Part shown: positions 1-9,419 of the stretch, piece by piece
How positions within the stretch are numbered: position 1 is the stretch's first letter
Layout of the letters: each line of letters begins with the position of its first letter
Source of the DNA: an uncultured Rhodospirillales bacterium
Lineage (GTDB): Bacteria > Pseudomonadota > Alphaproteobacteria > Acetobacterales > Acetobacteraceae
NCBI GenBank assembly: GCA_903835235.1
Contig: CAILMF010000041.1
Coordinates: 7,733-71,732, forward strand
Direction: 5' to 3'
DNA length: 64,000 nucleotides
The notes under the pieces: generated by a model
Database searches by the model: none
What the model was told of the DNA's origin: nothing
What the model saw: only the letters and a program-made list of their open reading frames with translations
Program-made: the position numbers and the translations under genes

Positions 1-932
1 CGCGCGGCCAGGCCGAGCATGCCGTGCCACAGATGCCGCGCCACGCGGTCCACCTGGGCCAGGAAGCCCGGCGCCAGGATCACGTCCATCACCGCGTTGC
101 CGGCAGCGCAGGCCAGCGGGTTGCCGCCGAAGGTGCTGCCATGGGTACCCGCCTTCAGGTACTTCGCCACCTTCTCCTTGGCCAGGATCGCGCCCAGCGG
201 GAAGCCACCGCCGATGCCCTTGGCCGAGGACATCACATCCGGCTCGATGCCCGACCACTGATGGGCCCACATCTTGCCGCTGCGGCCCATGCCGGTCTGC
301 ACCTCGTCCATCGCCAGCAGCACGCCGAACTCGTCGCAGGCGGCGCGGATGTCGCGCAGGAATTGCAGGTCGGCCGGGCGCACGCCGCCCTCGCCCTGCA
401 CTGGCTCGATCATCACGGCGGCGGTGCTGCCGTCGATCGCATCGCGCAGCGCGTTCATGTTGCCGAAGGGCACGTGGCGGAAGCCCTGCACCGGCGGGCC
501 GAAGCCGGCCAGGTACTTTTCATTGCCCGTGGCCGCCAGCGTCGCCAACGTGCGGCCGTGGAAGGCGCCTTCAAAGCACACCGCCACGTAGCGTTCCGGG
601 TGGCCCTGCTCGGCATGGTACTTGCGGACCGCCTTGATCATGCCCTCGTTCGCTTCGGCGCCCGAGTTGCAGAAGAACACGCTGTCGGCGAAGGAGGTCG
701 CGCAGAGCCGCGCCGCCAGCGTCTCGGCACCGGGGATGCGGTACAGGTTGGAGACGTGCATCACCTTGGCAGCCTGCTCGGCGATGGCCTGCACCAAATG
801 CGGGTGGCCATGGCCGAGCGAGGAGGTGGCAATGCCGGCGCCGAAGTCCAGGTAACGTCGCCCATCATTCGTCCACAGCCAGGCGCCTTCGCCCCGCTCG
901 AAAGCGAGGTCAGCGCGGTTGTAGGTCGGCAT
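1..932 (-). CDS. argD: acetylornithine aminotransferase (class-III PLP aminotransferase); 3' end runs off the window
   Basis: Absent from the ORF track because there is no stop inside the window. My reverse-strand translation from ATG 932..930 reads [47 protein letters not shown]...[15 protein letters not shown]...[20 protein letters not shown]...[14 protein letters not shown]...[12 protein letters not shown]. This is the ArgD/class-III pattern, including the PLP-lysine context. Track ORF 24..1046(+) is its antisense shadow. Confidence 0.85.
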   Translation of the reverse strand, partial: MPTYNRADLAFERGEGAWLWTNDGRRYLDFGAGIATSSLGHGHPHLVQAIAEQAAKVMHVSNLYRIPGAETLAARLCATSFADSVFFCNSGAEANEGMIKAVRKYHAEQGHPERYVAVCFEGAFHGRTLATLAATGNEKYLAGFGPPVQGFRHVPFGNMNALRDAIDGSTAAVMIEPVQGEGGVRPADLQFLRDIRAACDEFGVLLAMDEVQTGMGRSGKMWAHQWSGIEPDVMSSAKGIGGGFPLGAILAKEKVAKYLKAGTHGSTFGGNPLACAAGNAVMDVILAPGFLAQVDRVARHLWHGMLGLAA

Positions 933-1076
933 CAGGGCGGGGATCACGGGTTTGCGCTCCAGTCCTTCCCCCGCGCCTGCGGTCATTCCGGGCGCTTCCG
1001 AGGGAAGAGCGGGATTTGGCCGAATATCGAGGCCTTCGTCAAATGAAGCGTTGGCAGTGCGCCTGGTTCGCTCGGA

Positions 1077-1370
1077 TCAGCGGCCGCGGGGACCGGTCGG
1101 GGTTTCGGAATTGGGGCCGCCGGCGGTGCTGCTGCCCATCATGCCCTGCGGCGTGATGCCGGTGGCACCCGGCGCGGTCAGCCCGGCGGCAGAGCCGTCA
1201 CTGCCGCGGTTGCGGGCCTGCGGGCTGGCGTCGCGGGGGTCTTGTGGCCGGGGCGAGGGGCCGGCGTCCTGGCCCTGGGTCTGGCCGGGCTGCGGGCCGC
1301 CCGCGTGCGGTGGTGCCTGCTGCGCAGCGGCCGGCGCGCCAAGCAGGATCATGGCAAGGAGCAGCCTCAT
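1077..1370 (-). CDS. small exported low-complexity (Gly/Pro/Gln/Ala-rich) hypothetical protein
   Basis: Track ORF of 97 aa. MRLLLAMILLGAPAAAQQ looks like a Sec signal peptide. The ATG at 1370 overlaps the stop of the upstream PRC-barrel gene (ATGA, 1367-1370), which suggests translational coupling. No family recognised. Confidence 0.5.
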   Translation of the reverse strand: MRLLLAMILLGAPAAAQQAPPHAGGPQPGQTQGQDAGPSPRPQDPRDASPQARNRGSDGSAAGLTAPGATGITPQGMMGSSTAGGPNSETPTGPRGR

Positions 1371-1840
1371 CCGCGACCTGCCGTGGCTTCATAGGTGAAG
1401 CCCGGCTGGGCGTTCAGGCTTTCTCGCGTAACGCCCGGCAGGGTCCAGCGGCTGCCGCCCATGCGGAGATTGTCGTAGGGGATCGCCACCAGCTTGGCGC
1501 CGATGCCGAGGAAGCCACCCACCGAAATGATCGCCACGGGCGGGCCGCCTTCGCGCGGGATCAGCAGGTCATCGACTTCGCCGATGGTCTCGGCGCTGTC
1601 GTTGTACACGCTGGCGCCGACCAACCGGCTGGCGCGCCGGCCCTCGCGCAGGGTGCGGCTGTCCACCACCTGGTTGTGGATGCTGCCGCCCGGGTTGGGC
1701 GGGGGAGGCGCCATGACGGCGCGGTCGGTGGCCGGGGCGCCCTCTGCGGTGCCCGCAGCCGGTTGCGCCACGGCAAGCAAGGGCACCGCCAGCAGCGCCG
1801 CCGTGGCAGCCATGGCGAGAAGTTGTTGGCGCGCGGTCAT
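1367..1840 (-). CDS. PRC-barrel domain protein, exported
   Basis: Track ORF 1367..1957 trimmed to the internal ATG at 1840, which is preceded by GGAGG. Signal peptide MTARQQLLAMAATAALLAVPLLAVAQP. The core LVGASVYNDSAETIGEVDDLLIP...VAIISVGGFLGIGAKLVAIPYDNL is typical of PRC-barrel proteins. Confidence 0.75.
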   Translation of the reverse strand: MTARQQLLAMAATAALLAVPLLAVAQPAAGTAEGAPATDRAVMAPPPPNPGGSIHNQVVDSRTLREGRRASRLVGASVYNDSAETIGEVDDLLIPREGGPPVAIISVGGFLGIGAKLVAIPYDNLRMGGSRWTLPGVTRESLNAQPGFTYEATAGRG

Positions 1841-1922
1841 GGGGGGTGACCTCCTGCGTTGATGGCAGGGGTCGAACGCCGGCGTGCCGCAGAGGTTGCC
1901 GCTGCAGCTGTGCGCGAAGCCG

Positions 1923-4900
1923 TTACGCCGTGGGGTGCGCGGCGGCGCCGGTGACAAGCCGCGCCCGCCGGCCGCCGACCAGGCTCTCGAAGGCGAGATA
2001 GACCGCCGGCGTGGTGTAGAGCGTCAGCAACTGCGACAGCGCCAGCCCGCCGATGATGGCGATGCCCAGCGGCTGGCGCAGCTCGCTGCCCTGGCCATGG
2101 CCGATGGCCAGCGGAATGGCGCCGAACAGCGCGGCCAGCGTGGTCATCAAGATCGGCCGGAAGCGTTCGCGGCAGGCTGCCAGAATCGCCTGCTGGGCGC
2201 TCTCGCCGTATTCGCGCTCATGCTCCAGCGCGAAGTCCACCAGCATGATGGCGTTCTTCTTCACGATCCCCATCAGCAGGATCACGCCGATGAAGGCGAT
2301 GATGGTGAAGGGCGTATTGGTGGCCAGCAGCGCCAGCAGCGCGCCGATCCCTGCGGTGGGCAGGGTGGAGATGATGGTGACGGGGTGCAGCAGGCTTTCG
2401 TACAGCATGCCCAGCACGATGTAGATGCTGAGCACCGCGGCCAGGATCAGCAGCGTCTGGCCGGATTGCTGCTGGCGGAAGGCCCGCGCATTGCCGGCGA
2501 ACTCCGCCCGCACCGTGGCCGGCAGGCCGATCTCCTCCTGCGCCCTGGCGATGGCCGCCGAGGCCTGGCCGAGCGAAACGCCCTCCGGCAGGTTGAAGGT
2601 GATGGTGGAGGCCGGGAACTGCCCCTGGTGGGTGATGGCCAGCGGTGCGCTGCTGCGCTCCAGGCTGACCAGCGAGGCGAGCGGAATGGGCACGTTGTTG
2701 GCGCCGGGCACCCAGATGCCCTCCAGCTGCGTCGGGTCCTGGGTCAGCGAGGGATCGACCTCCATGACAACGCGGTACTGGTTGCGGGTCCGGTAGATGA
2801 TGCTGACCTGGCGCTGGGCGAAGGCATTGTTCAGCGCGTTGTTGATGGCGAGGAAGCTGACGCCGAGCCGCGCCGCGCGGTCACGGTCCACCACCAGGCG
2901 GGAAACCAGGCCGGCGCGCTGCTGGTCGGACGAGATATCCGCCAGCTCCGGCATGGTGCGGAACTTCTTCACCAGCACCTCCGACCAGGTCTGCAACTCA
3001 TCCAGGTCCGGCGTCAGCAGCACATACTGGTAGGCGGCATTGCCCTGGCGCCCGCCGATGTTCACGTCGGATATCGGCCGCAGGAAAATCTGCGCCCCGG
3101 CGACAGCGCCCAGCGGGCGACGCAGCCGGGCCACGATGGCATCCGGCGTCACGCCGGGGCGCTCGCTTGGCGGCTTCAGCGAGATGAACATCCGTCCGTT
3201 GGAAACCGTGGCGCCACCGCCGCCGCCGACATAGGTGCCGATGCCGGCGATGGCGGGGTCCTGCATCAGGATACGCACCACCTGGTCCTGCATGCCGAGC
3301 ATGCGCTGGAAGGAGGTATCCGGCGAGGCCTGGATGACGCCGAACATCAGCCCGGTATCCTGGGCCGGGAAGAAGTCCTTCGGCACGATGACGTAGAGCC
3401 ACACCGTGACGCCGATGAGCCCGACGGTGAAGCCGACCATCAGCCGGCGGAAGCGCAGCAGGAAGCCGAGGCTGGCCATGTAGCCGTCGATCATCCAGTC
3501 CATGAACGCCTCGAACCGGCGGCCGAACCAGCCGGGCGGGCGTTCCGCGCCGGCGCGCGCCAGGTGGGCGGCGGCGGCGGGCGTGATGGTCAGCGAGATG
3601 ATGCCCGACAGCGCCACCGCGATGGCCAGGGTGACGCTGAACTCGCGGAACATGCGCCCGACGATGCCGGGCATGAACAGCAGCGGGATGAACACCGCGA
3701 TCAGCGAGACGGTGATGGAGAGTACGGTAAAGCCGATCTGCCGGGCGCCCTCCAGCGCCGCCTGCATCGCGGGCATGCCGCGTTCCCGCAGCCGGGTCAT
3801 GTTCTCGATCATGACGATGGCGTCGTCCACGACGAAGCCGACCGAGATGGTCAGCGCCATCAGGGTCAGGTTGTTCAGCGAGAAGCCGGCCAGGTACATC
3901 ACCGCCAGCGTGCCGAGCAGCGACAGCGGCACCGAGATGCCGGCGGCAAACACCGCGGCGCGGCGGCGCAGGAACAACGCCACCACGGCGATGACCAGCA
4001 CGATGGTGATGATCAGCGTGAACTGCACATCGCGCACGCTGGCGCGGATGGTCTCGCTGCGGTCGCGCAGGGTTGTCACGGTGATGCCCGCGGGTATCCA
4101 GCGCTGCAATTCCGGCATCAGCTTCTGGATGCCGTCCACCACCTCGATGACGTTGGCATCCGGCTGCTTGAAGATGATCAGAAGGATCGAGGGCCGGCCA
4201 TTGAAGGTGCCGGCCTGCCTGCGGTCCCGCACGCCCTGGCTGACCCGCGCCACCGCGTCCAGCCGCACCATGGCGCCACCGACCGCCTTGACCACCACGC
4301 CGGCGTAATCCTCCGGCGTGTTCAGCCGGTCGTTCACCACCACGGCGGCGGATTGGTCGGTGCCGTCGATCAGCCCGGTCGGTTGCGTCACATTGGCGCG
4401 GCCGATGGCGGTGCGGATATCCTCCAGCGAAACCCCGGCCGCGGTCGCCGCGCCAGGGTCCACCGCCACGCGCACCGCGGGCTGCTCGGCGCCGGTGACG
4501 ACGACCTGTGCCACGCCGGTGACGTTGGCGATGCGCGGCGAGATGATGCTGTCCACCGCGTCGTAGACTTGGCCGGGCGGCACCGTGTCGGACGTGATGG
4601 CGATGAGCAGCACCGGCGCGTCGGCCGGGTTGGCCTTGCGGAAGCTGGGCGGGTTTGGCAGGCCGGCCGGCAGGTCCTGCGTCGCGGCGTTGATCGCCGC
4701 CATCACGTCGCGGGCGGCGTCCTCTACCCGGCGGTTGAGGTCGAACTGCACGACGATGCTGGCCGACCCCAGCGTGGAGGTGGAGGTGAGTTCGTTGACG
4801 CCGGCGATGGCGCCCAGCCGGCGTTCCAGCGGCGCGGCGACGCTGGCGGCCATGACAGCGGGGTCGGCGCCCGGCTGGCTGGCGGAGATGACGATGGTCG

Positions 4901-5030
4901 GCAAATCCACCCGCGGCAGCGGTGCCACCGGCAGCACGAAATACGCCACCAACCCGGCCAGCGCGATGCCGATGGCCAGCAGCGCCGTGGCGATGGGCCG
5001 CTGGATGAAGGGCGCGGATATCGAGCTCAT
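1923..5030 (-). CDS. mdtC: RND multidrug efflux permease, MdtC-like
   Basis: Track ORF 1923..6077 trimmed to ATG 5030 (MSSISAPFIQRPIATALLAIG...), giving 1035 aa. AcrB/RND 12-TM architecture with conserved GFVVDDAIVMIEN and ...GIVKKNAIMLVDFA motifs. The ATG overlaps the mdtB stop (ATGA at 5027-5030). Confidence 0.9.
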   Translation of the reverse strand: MSSISAPFIQRPIATALLAIGIALAGLVAYFVLPVAPLPRVDLPTIVISASQPGADPAVMAASVAAPLERRLGAIAGVNELTSTSTLGSASIVVQFDLNRRVEDAARDVMAAINAATQDLPAGLPNPPSFRKANPADAPVLLIAITSDTVPPGQVYDAVDSIISPRIANVTGVAQVVVTGAEQPAVRVAVDPGAATAAGVSLEDIRTAIGRANVTQPTGLIDGTDQSAAVVVNDRLNTPEDYAGVVVKAVGGAMVRLDAVARVSQGVRDRRQAGTFNGRPSILLIIFKQPDANVIEVVDGIQKLMPELQRWIPAGITVTTLRDRSETIRASVRDVQFTLIITIVLVIAVVALFLRRRAAVFAAGISVPLSLLGTLAVMYLAGFSLNNLTLMALTISVGFVVDDAIVMIENMTRLRERGMPAMQAALEGARQIGFTVLSITVSLIAVFIPLLFMPGIVGRMFREFSVTLAIAVALSGIISLTITPAAAAHLARAGAERPPGWFGRRFEAFMDWMIDGYMASLGFLLRFRRLMVGFTVGLIGVTVWLYVIVPKDFFPAQDTGLMFGVIQASPDTSFQRMLGMQDQVVRILMQDPAIAGIGTYVGGGGGATVSNGRMFISLKPPSERPGVTPDAIVARLRRPLGAVAGAQIFLRPISDVNIGGRQGNAAYQYVLLTPDLDELQTWSEVLVKKFRTMPELADISSDQQRAGLVSRLVVDRDRAARLGVSFLAINNALNNAFAQRQVSIIYRTRNQYRVVMEVDPSLTQDPTQLEGIWVPGANNVPIPLASLVSLERSSAPLAITHQGQFPASTITFNLPEGVSLGQASAAIARAQEEIGLPATVRAEFAGNARAFRQQQSGQTLLILAAVLSIYIVLGMLYESLLHPVTIISTLPTAGIGALLALLATNTPFTIIAFIGVILLMGIVKKNAIMLVDFALEHEREYGESAQQAILAACRERFRPILMTTLAALFGAIPLAIGHGQGSELRQPLGIAIIGGLALSQLLTLYTTPAVYLAFESLVGGRRARLVTGAAAHPTA

Positions 5031-8000
5031 TCGGCGGCCAAAGCCTCGCGTCCGCTCAGCGCGGCGCGCAGGCGTTCCAACGCCAGGTAGATCGCCGGCG
5101 TGGTGTACAGCGTGATCACCTGGCTCAGCAGCAAACCGCCGATGACGGAAACGCCCAGCGGCAGCCGCAGCTCGCTGCCGGGGCCATGGCCCAGCACCAG
5201 CGGCACCGCGCCCAGCAGCGCCGCCATCGTCGTCATCATGATCGGGCGGAACCGCAGCACGGAGGCTTCGTAGATCGCCTCCTCCGGCGTGCGGCCGTGG
5301 TCGCGCTGCGCCTCCAACGCGAAGTCGATCATCATGATCGCGTTCTTCTTCACGATCCCCATCAGCAGCACGATGCCGATGATGCCGACCACGCTGAGGT
5401 CCAGCCCGCAGAGCCACAGCGCCAGCAGCGCGCCGATGCCGGCCGAGGGCAGCGTGGACAGGATGGTCAGCGGATGGATCATGCTCTCGTACAGCATGCC
5501 CAGCACGATGTAGATGACGATGATCGCGGCCAAGATCAGCCAGGGCGTGCCGGCCAATGAGCGGTTGAACTCCGCCGCGTCGCCGTTGAACTCGCCGGTG
5601 ATGGTCTCGGGCATGCCCAGCTGCGCCTCGGCGCGCCGGATCGCGGCGACCGCGGCGCCGAGCGAGACGCCTTCGGGCAGGTCGAAGCCGATGGTGACGG
5701 CGGGGAACTGGTCCTGCCGGTTCACCGTCAGCGGCCCGGCGCGGCGGCCGATCTCGGCGATTTCGCCCAGCGGCACCTGCACGCCATTGGCGCCGGGCAC
5801 GCGCAGCAGTGCCACCAGCGCGGGGTCGTCGCGCATCGCCTGCGTCGTCTCCAGCACCACGCGATACTGGTTTGACTGGCCGTAGATGGTGCTGATCTGG
5901 CGCTGGCCGAAGGCGTCGTACAGCACGTCGTCCACCGCCTGCATCGTCACGCCGAGCCGCGCCATGCGCTCGCGGTCCACCTGCACTGTCACGCGCAGCC
6001 CGCCCTCGCGCAGGTCGGTGGTCAGGTCGCGCAGCTCCGGCGCCTGGCGCAGCAGCGCCAGCAGCCGGCCGGACCACTCCGACAGCTCCACCGTGTCGGG
6101 GTCCATCAGCGTGTACTGGAACTGCGTGGCGCTGACGCGCGTGCCGATCTGGATATCCTGCACCGGCTGGAGATGCACGAGGATGCCGGGCACCGCTTCC
6201 AGCTGCGGCTGCAACCGCGCCGCCACCTGCTGGGCGCTTTCGGCCCTGGCGTCGCGCGGCAGCAATACCGCGGTCAGCCGCCCGGTATTCTGCGCCGGGT
6301 TGATCGGCCCGGCGCCGGCGACGCTGGTGGTGGAGACCACCGCCGGGTCGGCCAGCACGATCCGCGTGACCTCCTGCTGCAACTCGGAGACGCGGCGGAA
6401 GCTGGCATCCTGCGGCGCCTCCATGGTGATGGTGATGAGGCCGGTATCCTGCGCCGGCAAAAAGCCCTTGGGCACCAGGATGTACAGCGCCACGGTGCCG
6501 GCCACCGTCGCCGTTGCCAGCAGCAGCATCAGCGCCTCATGCCGCAGCGTCCAGCGCAGGCTTTCGGCGTAGCGGTCGCGCAGCCAGTCGAAGCCGCGTT
6601 CCGCCCAGCGGGAGACGGCGCTGGGCCGGTCCTCGCCATGCGGGCGCATCAGGTGGCCGGTCATCATCGGCGTCAGCGTCAGGGAAACGAACAGCGAGAC
6701 GACGACGGCGATGGTCAGGGTCAGTGCGAATTCGCGGAACAGCCGGCCGACCACGCCCTGCATGAACAGCAGCGGGATGAACACCGCGACCAGCGAGACG
6801 GTCAGCGAGACCACGGTGAAGCCGATCTGCCGCGCGCCCTTGTAGGCGGCGGCCAGCGGCTTCTCGCCTTCCTCGATCAGCCGGACGATGTTCTCGATCA
6901 TCACGATGGCATCGTCCACCACGAAGCCGGTCGCGATGGTCAGCGCCATCAGCGAGAGGTTGTCCATCGAGAAGCCGCAGAGCGACATGATCCCGAAGGT
7001 GCCGATGATGGACAGCGGCAGCGCCACGCCGGGCACGAAGGTGGCGCGCGCGGTGCGCAGGAACAGCCAGATCACCAGCACCACCAGCACCACCGCCAGC
7101 ACCAGGGTGAACTGCACCTCATGCACGCTGGCGCGGATGGTTTCGGTACGGTCGGCCACCACATGCAGCGTGGCGCCCGGGGGCACCGCGGCCTGCAATA
7201 TCGCCAGTTGCGCCCGCACGCGGTCCACGGTGGCCACGATATTGGCGCCGGGCTGGCGCTGCACGTCGATCAGCACCGCGCGCTGGCCATTGTACCAGGC
7301 GGCGTTCAGCGTGTTCTCCAGCCCCTCCACCGCCTCGCCGATATCCGAGAAGCGCACCGGTGCGCCGTTGCGCCAGGCGATGACGGTATTGGCGAAGGCC
7401 GCGGGCGTCACCAGCTGGTCGTTCGCCATGACGGCGCTGGCCTGGCGCGGCCCGTCCAGCCCGCCCTTCGGCCCCGCCAGGTTGGCACTGGCGATGACGC
7501 TGCGCACATCCTCCAGCGAAAGCCCGTAGCTGGCCAGGCGCTGCGGGTCCGCGCGCAGGCGGATGGCGGGGCGCATGTTGCCCTGCACGGTCACCCTGCC
7601 AACGCCGGTCACCTGGCTCAGCCGCTGCGCCAGCAGCGTATCGGCGGCATCCGAAAGCCGCGGCGTCGGCAGCGTCTCGCTGGTCAGCGCCAGGGTCATG
7701 ATCGGCGGGTCCGCCGGATTCACCTTGGCGTAGACCGGCGGGTAGGGCAGGCCGGACGGCAGCGTGCCGCGAGCCGCGTTGATGCCGGCCTGCACGTCCT
7801 GCGCGGCGTCGTCGATATCCCGCCCCAGGTTGAATTGCAGCGTGATGCGCGACACGCCGGGCCCGCTGACCGAGGAGATGCTGCTGAGCCCGGAGATCTG
7901 GTTCAGCTGGCGTTCCAGCGGCGCCGCGATCAACACCGAAATCGTCTCCGGCGAGGCGCCGGGCAGTTGCGTCGAAACCTCGATGGTCGGGAAGTCCACA

Positions 8001-8116
8001 TCCGGCAGCGAGGCCACCGGCAGCTTCAGGTAGCCGAAGATGCCCGTCAGCAGCACCGCCACCGCCAGCAGGAAGGTGGCGATGGGCCGGGCGATGAACG
8101 GCGCCGAGAAGTTCAC
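5027..8116 (-). CDS. mdtB: RND multidrug efflux permease, MdtB-like
   Basis: Track ORF 5027..8467 trimmed to GTG 8116 (VNFSAPFIARPIATFLLAV...), giving 1029 aa. Nearly collinear with E. coli MdtB as I remember it (NPADPPIMTLALTS, QRQPGANIVATVD, ATGFVVDDAIVMIEN, GEKPLAAAYKGARQIGFT). GTGA overlap with the mdtA stop. Confidence 0.9.
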   Translation of the reverse strand: MNFSAPFIARPIATFLLAVAVLLTGIFGYLKLPVASLPDVDFPTIEVSTQLPGASPETISVLIAAPLERQLNQISGLSSISSVSGPGVSRITLQFNLGRDIDDAAQDVQAGINAARGTLPSGLPYPPVYAKVNPADPPIMTLALTSETLPTPRLSDAADTLLAQRLSQVTGVGRVTVQGNMRPAIRLRADPQRLASYGLSLEDVRSVIASANLAGPKGGLDGPRQASAVMANDQLVTPAAFANTVIAWRNGAPVRFSDIGEAVEGLENTLNAAWYNGQRAVLIDVQRQPGANIVATVDRVRAQLAILQAAVPPGATLHVVADRTETIRASVHEVQFTLVLAVVLVVLVIWLFLRTARATFVPGVALPLSIIGTFGIMSLCGFSMDNLSLMALTIATGFVVDDAIVMIENIVRLIEEGEKPLAAAYKGARQIGFTVVSLTVSLVAVFIPLLFMQGVVGRLFREFALTLTIAVVVSLFVSLTLTPMMTGHLMRPHGEDRPSAVSRWAERGFDWLRDRYAESLRWTLRHEALMLLLATATVAGTVALYILVPKGFLPAQDTGLITITMEAPQDASFRRVSELQQEVTRIVLADPAVVSTTSVAGAGPINPAQNTGRLTAVLLPRDARAESAQQVAARLQPQLEAVPGILVHLQPVQDIQIGTRVSATQFQYTLMDPDTVELSEWSGRLLALLRQAPELRDLTTDLREGGLRVTVQVDRERMARLGVTMQAVDDVLYDAFGQRQISTIYGQSNQYRVVLETTQAMRDDPALVALLRVPGANGVQVPLGEIAEIGRRAGPLTVNRQDQFPAVTIGFDLPEGVSLGAAVAAIRRAEAQLGMPETITGEFNGDAAEFNRSLAGTPWLILAAIIVIYIVLGMLYESMIHPLTILSTLPSAGIGALLALWLCGLDLSVVGIIGIVLLMGIVKKNAIMMIDFALEAQRDHGRTPEEAIYEASVLRFRPIMMTTMAALLGAVPLVLGHGPGSELRLPLGVSVIGGLLLSQVITLYTTPAIYLALERLRAALSGREALAAE

Positions 8117-9408
8117 GGCTGCGGCCGACGTGGGCCGGCGCCATCGGGGCGCGGGCGGCGGCGCTCGGGCGGTGCCTCGCCAGTCGCCGGGGCGGCGGGT
8201 TGGCTGACCACCACCTGGGCGCCGGGTGTCAGCCGCAGCGCGCCACTGGTCACCACGCGCTCGCCGGGTTGCAGGCCGCCGCGCACCGCGGCTTCCGTCG
8301 CGGTCAGCACGCCCAATTGCAGCGGGCGCTGCTCCACCGTGTTGTCCTCCTTCAGCACGAAGGCGAAGGCGCCATCCGGCCCGCGCTGCACCGCCACCAG
8401 CGGAATGGTCAGCGCCTGGCGCAGCGTGGCCACGCGCATCCGCACGTTGATGAAGGCGCCCGGCCACAGCCGCGCATCGTCATTGGCGAATTGCGCCTTC
8501 AGCTTGATGGTGCCGGTGGTCTGGTCCACCTGGTTGTCCAGCGTCAGCAGCGCGCCCTCGGCGCGGACGCTGCCATCCTGCTCCAGCGCCTGCACCACCA
8601 CGGCGCCGCGGCCCAGCGCGTCCAGCACCGCGCCCAGGCGCTGCTGTGGCAGGGTGAAGACCACGGTGATGGGCCTGAGCTGCGTCACCACCACGATGCC
8701 GGTGGCGTCGCTGCCATGTACCAGGTTGCCCTGGTCCACCAGGCGCAGGCCAACCCGGCCATCCACCGGGCTGCGGATCGTGGTGAAGTCCAACTGGGTG
8801 CGGGCGCTGTCCACCGCGGCCTGGTCGGCCTGCACCAGCGCTTCGTACTGCGCCACCAGCGCGCGTTGCGTATCCAGCTGTTGCCGGCTGGCGCCGTTGC
8901 TGCGCAGCAGTTCCGTGTAGCGCGCAAGGTCCACCCGGGCATTGGCCAGCAGCGCCTGGTCCTGCGCCTGCTTGGCCTGGGCCTGGGCCAGCGCCGCCTG
9001 GTAGGTGCGTGGGTCGATCCGCGCCAGCACGTCGCCGCGCTTGACCTCCTGGCCCTCGGTATAGGCGACCTCCACCAGGATGCCGTCCACCTGGGCGCGG
9101 GCGGTGATGGTCGCCAGCGGCTGCACCGTGCCCAGCGCATCCAGCGTAATGGGAATGTCGGTGCGCGCGGCGGCCACCACCGTCACCGGCACCGGCCCGC
9201 CGAACCGCCCGCCACGGCCACCGCGCACCGGCTGTGCTTCCTCCTGCTTCGGGGCGAAGGGCCACCAGCCCAGCCAATACGCCGCACCGCCGGCCCCGCC
9301 TGCCAGCAGCAGCACCAGCAGGGCCAGCCACGGCCAGCGCCGGCGGCGGCGAGGCCGGGCCAGCGTGGCGGTTTCATGCGTGGTCGGCGGCAGCGGGGTA
9401 TCCGGCAT
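8113..9408 (-). CDS. mdtA: RND efflux membrane-fusion (periplasmic adaptor) protein, MdtA-like
   Basis: Track ORF 8113..9765 trimmed to ATG 9408 (MPDTPLPP...) with GGAG upstream and a single TM anchor WPWLALLVLLLAGG. HlyD/MFP family with strong MdtA-like stretches (IDPRTYQAALAQAQ, RSPVDGRVGLRLVDQGNLV, DQTTGTIKLKAQF). Confidence 0.9.
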   Translation of the reverse strand: MPDTPLPPTTHETATLARPRRRRRWPWLALLVLLLAGGAGGAAYWLGWWPFAPKQEEAQPVRGGRGGRFGGPVPVTVVAAARTDIPITLDALGTVQPLATITARAQVDGILVEVAYTEGQEVKRGDVLARIDPRTYQAALAQAQAKQAQDQALLANARVDLARYTELLRSNGASRQQLDTQRALVAQYEALVQADQAAVDSARTQLDFTTIRSPVDGRVGLRLVDQGNLVHGSDATGIVVVTQLRPITVVFTLPQQRLGAVLDALGRGAVVVQALEQDGSVRAEGALLTLDNQVDQTTGTIKLKAQFANDDARLWPGAFINVRMRVATLRQALTIPLVAVQRGPDGAFAFVLKEDNTVEQRPLQLGVLTATEAAVRGGLQPGERVVTSGALRLTPGAQVVVSQPAAPATGEAPPERRRPRPDGAGPRRPQP

Positions 9409-9419
9409 GGCGGGCTCCG

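Noticed and set aside
1884-5090. 1068-aa + strand ORF
   Set aside because: It lies exactly antisense to mdtC. Its composition is dominated by R/G/D/H/Q/A with no hydrophobic core or motifs, which is a typical shadow ORF of a high-GC gene. The minus-strand product is unmistakably an RND permease.
1923-6077. Long N-terminal extensions of track ORFs (1923..6077, 5027..8467, 8113..9765, 13954..15618, 36851..38965, 39120..40631, 51213..52265, 53104..54549, 58611..60359, 61531..62298)
   Set aside because: The track reports the longest open frame. The extensions are Arg/Pro/Ala-rich read-through into the upstream gene. In each case an internal start with an RBS, a signal peptide or a 4-nt stop/start overlap gives a protein of the normal family length.
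6173-8920. 915-aa + strand ORF
   Set aside because: Antisense shadow of mdtB/mdtA, with the same Arg/Gly/His-rich nonsense composition.
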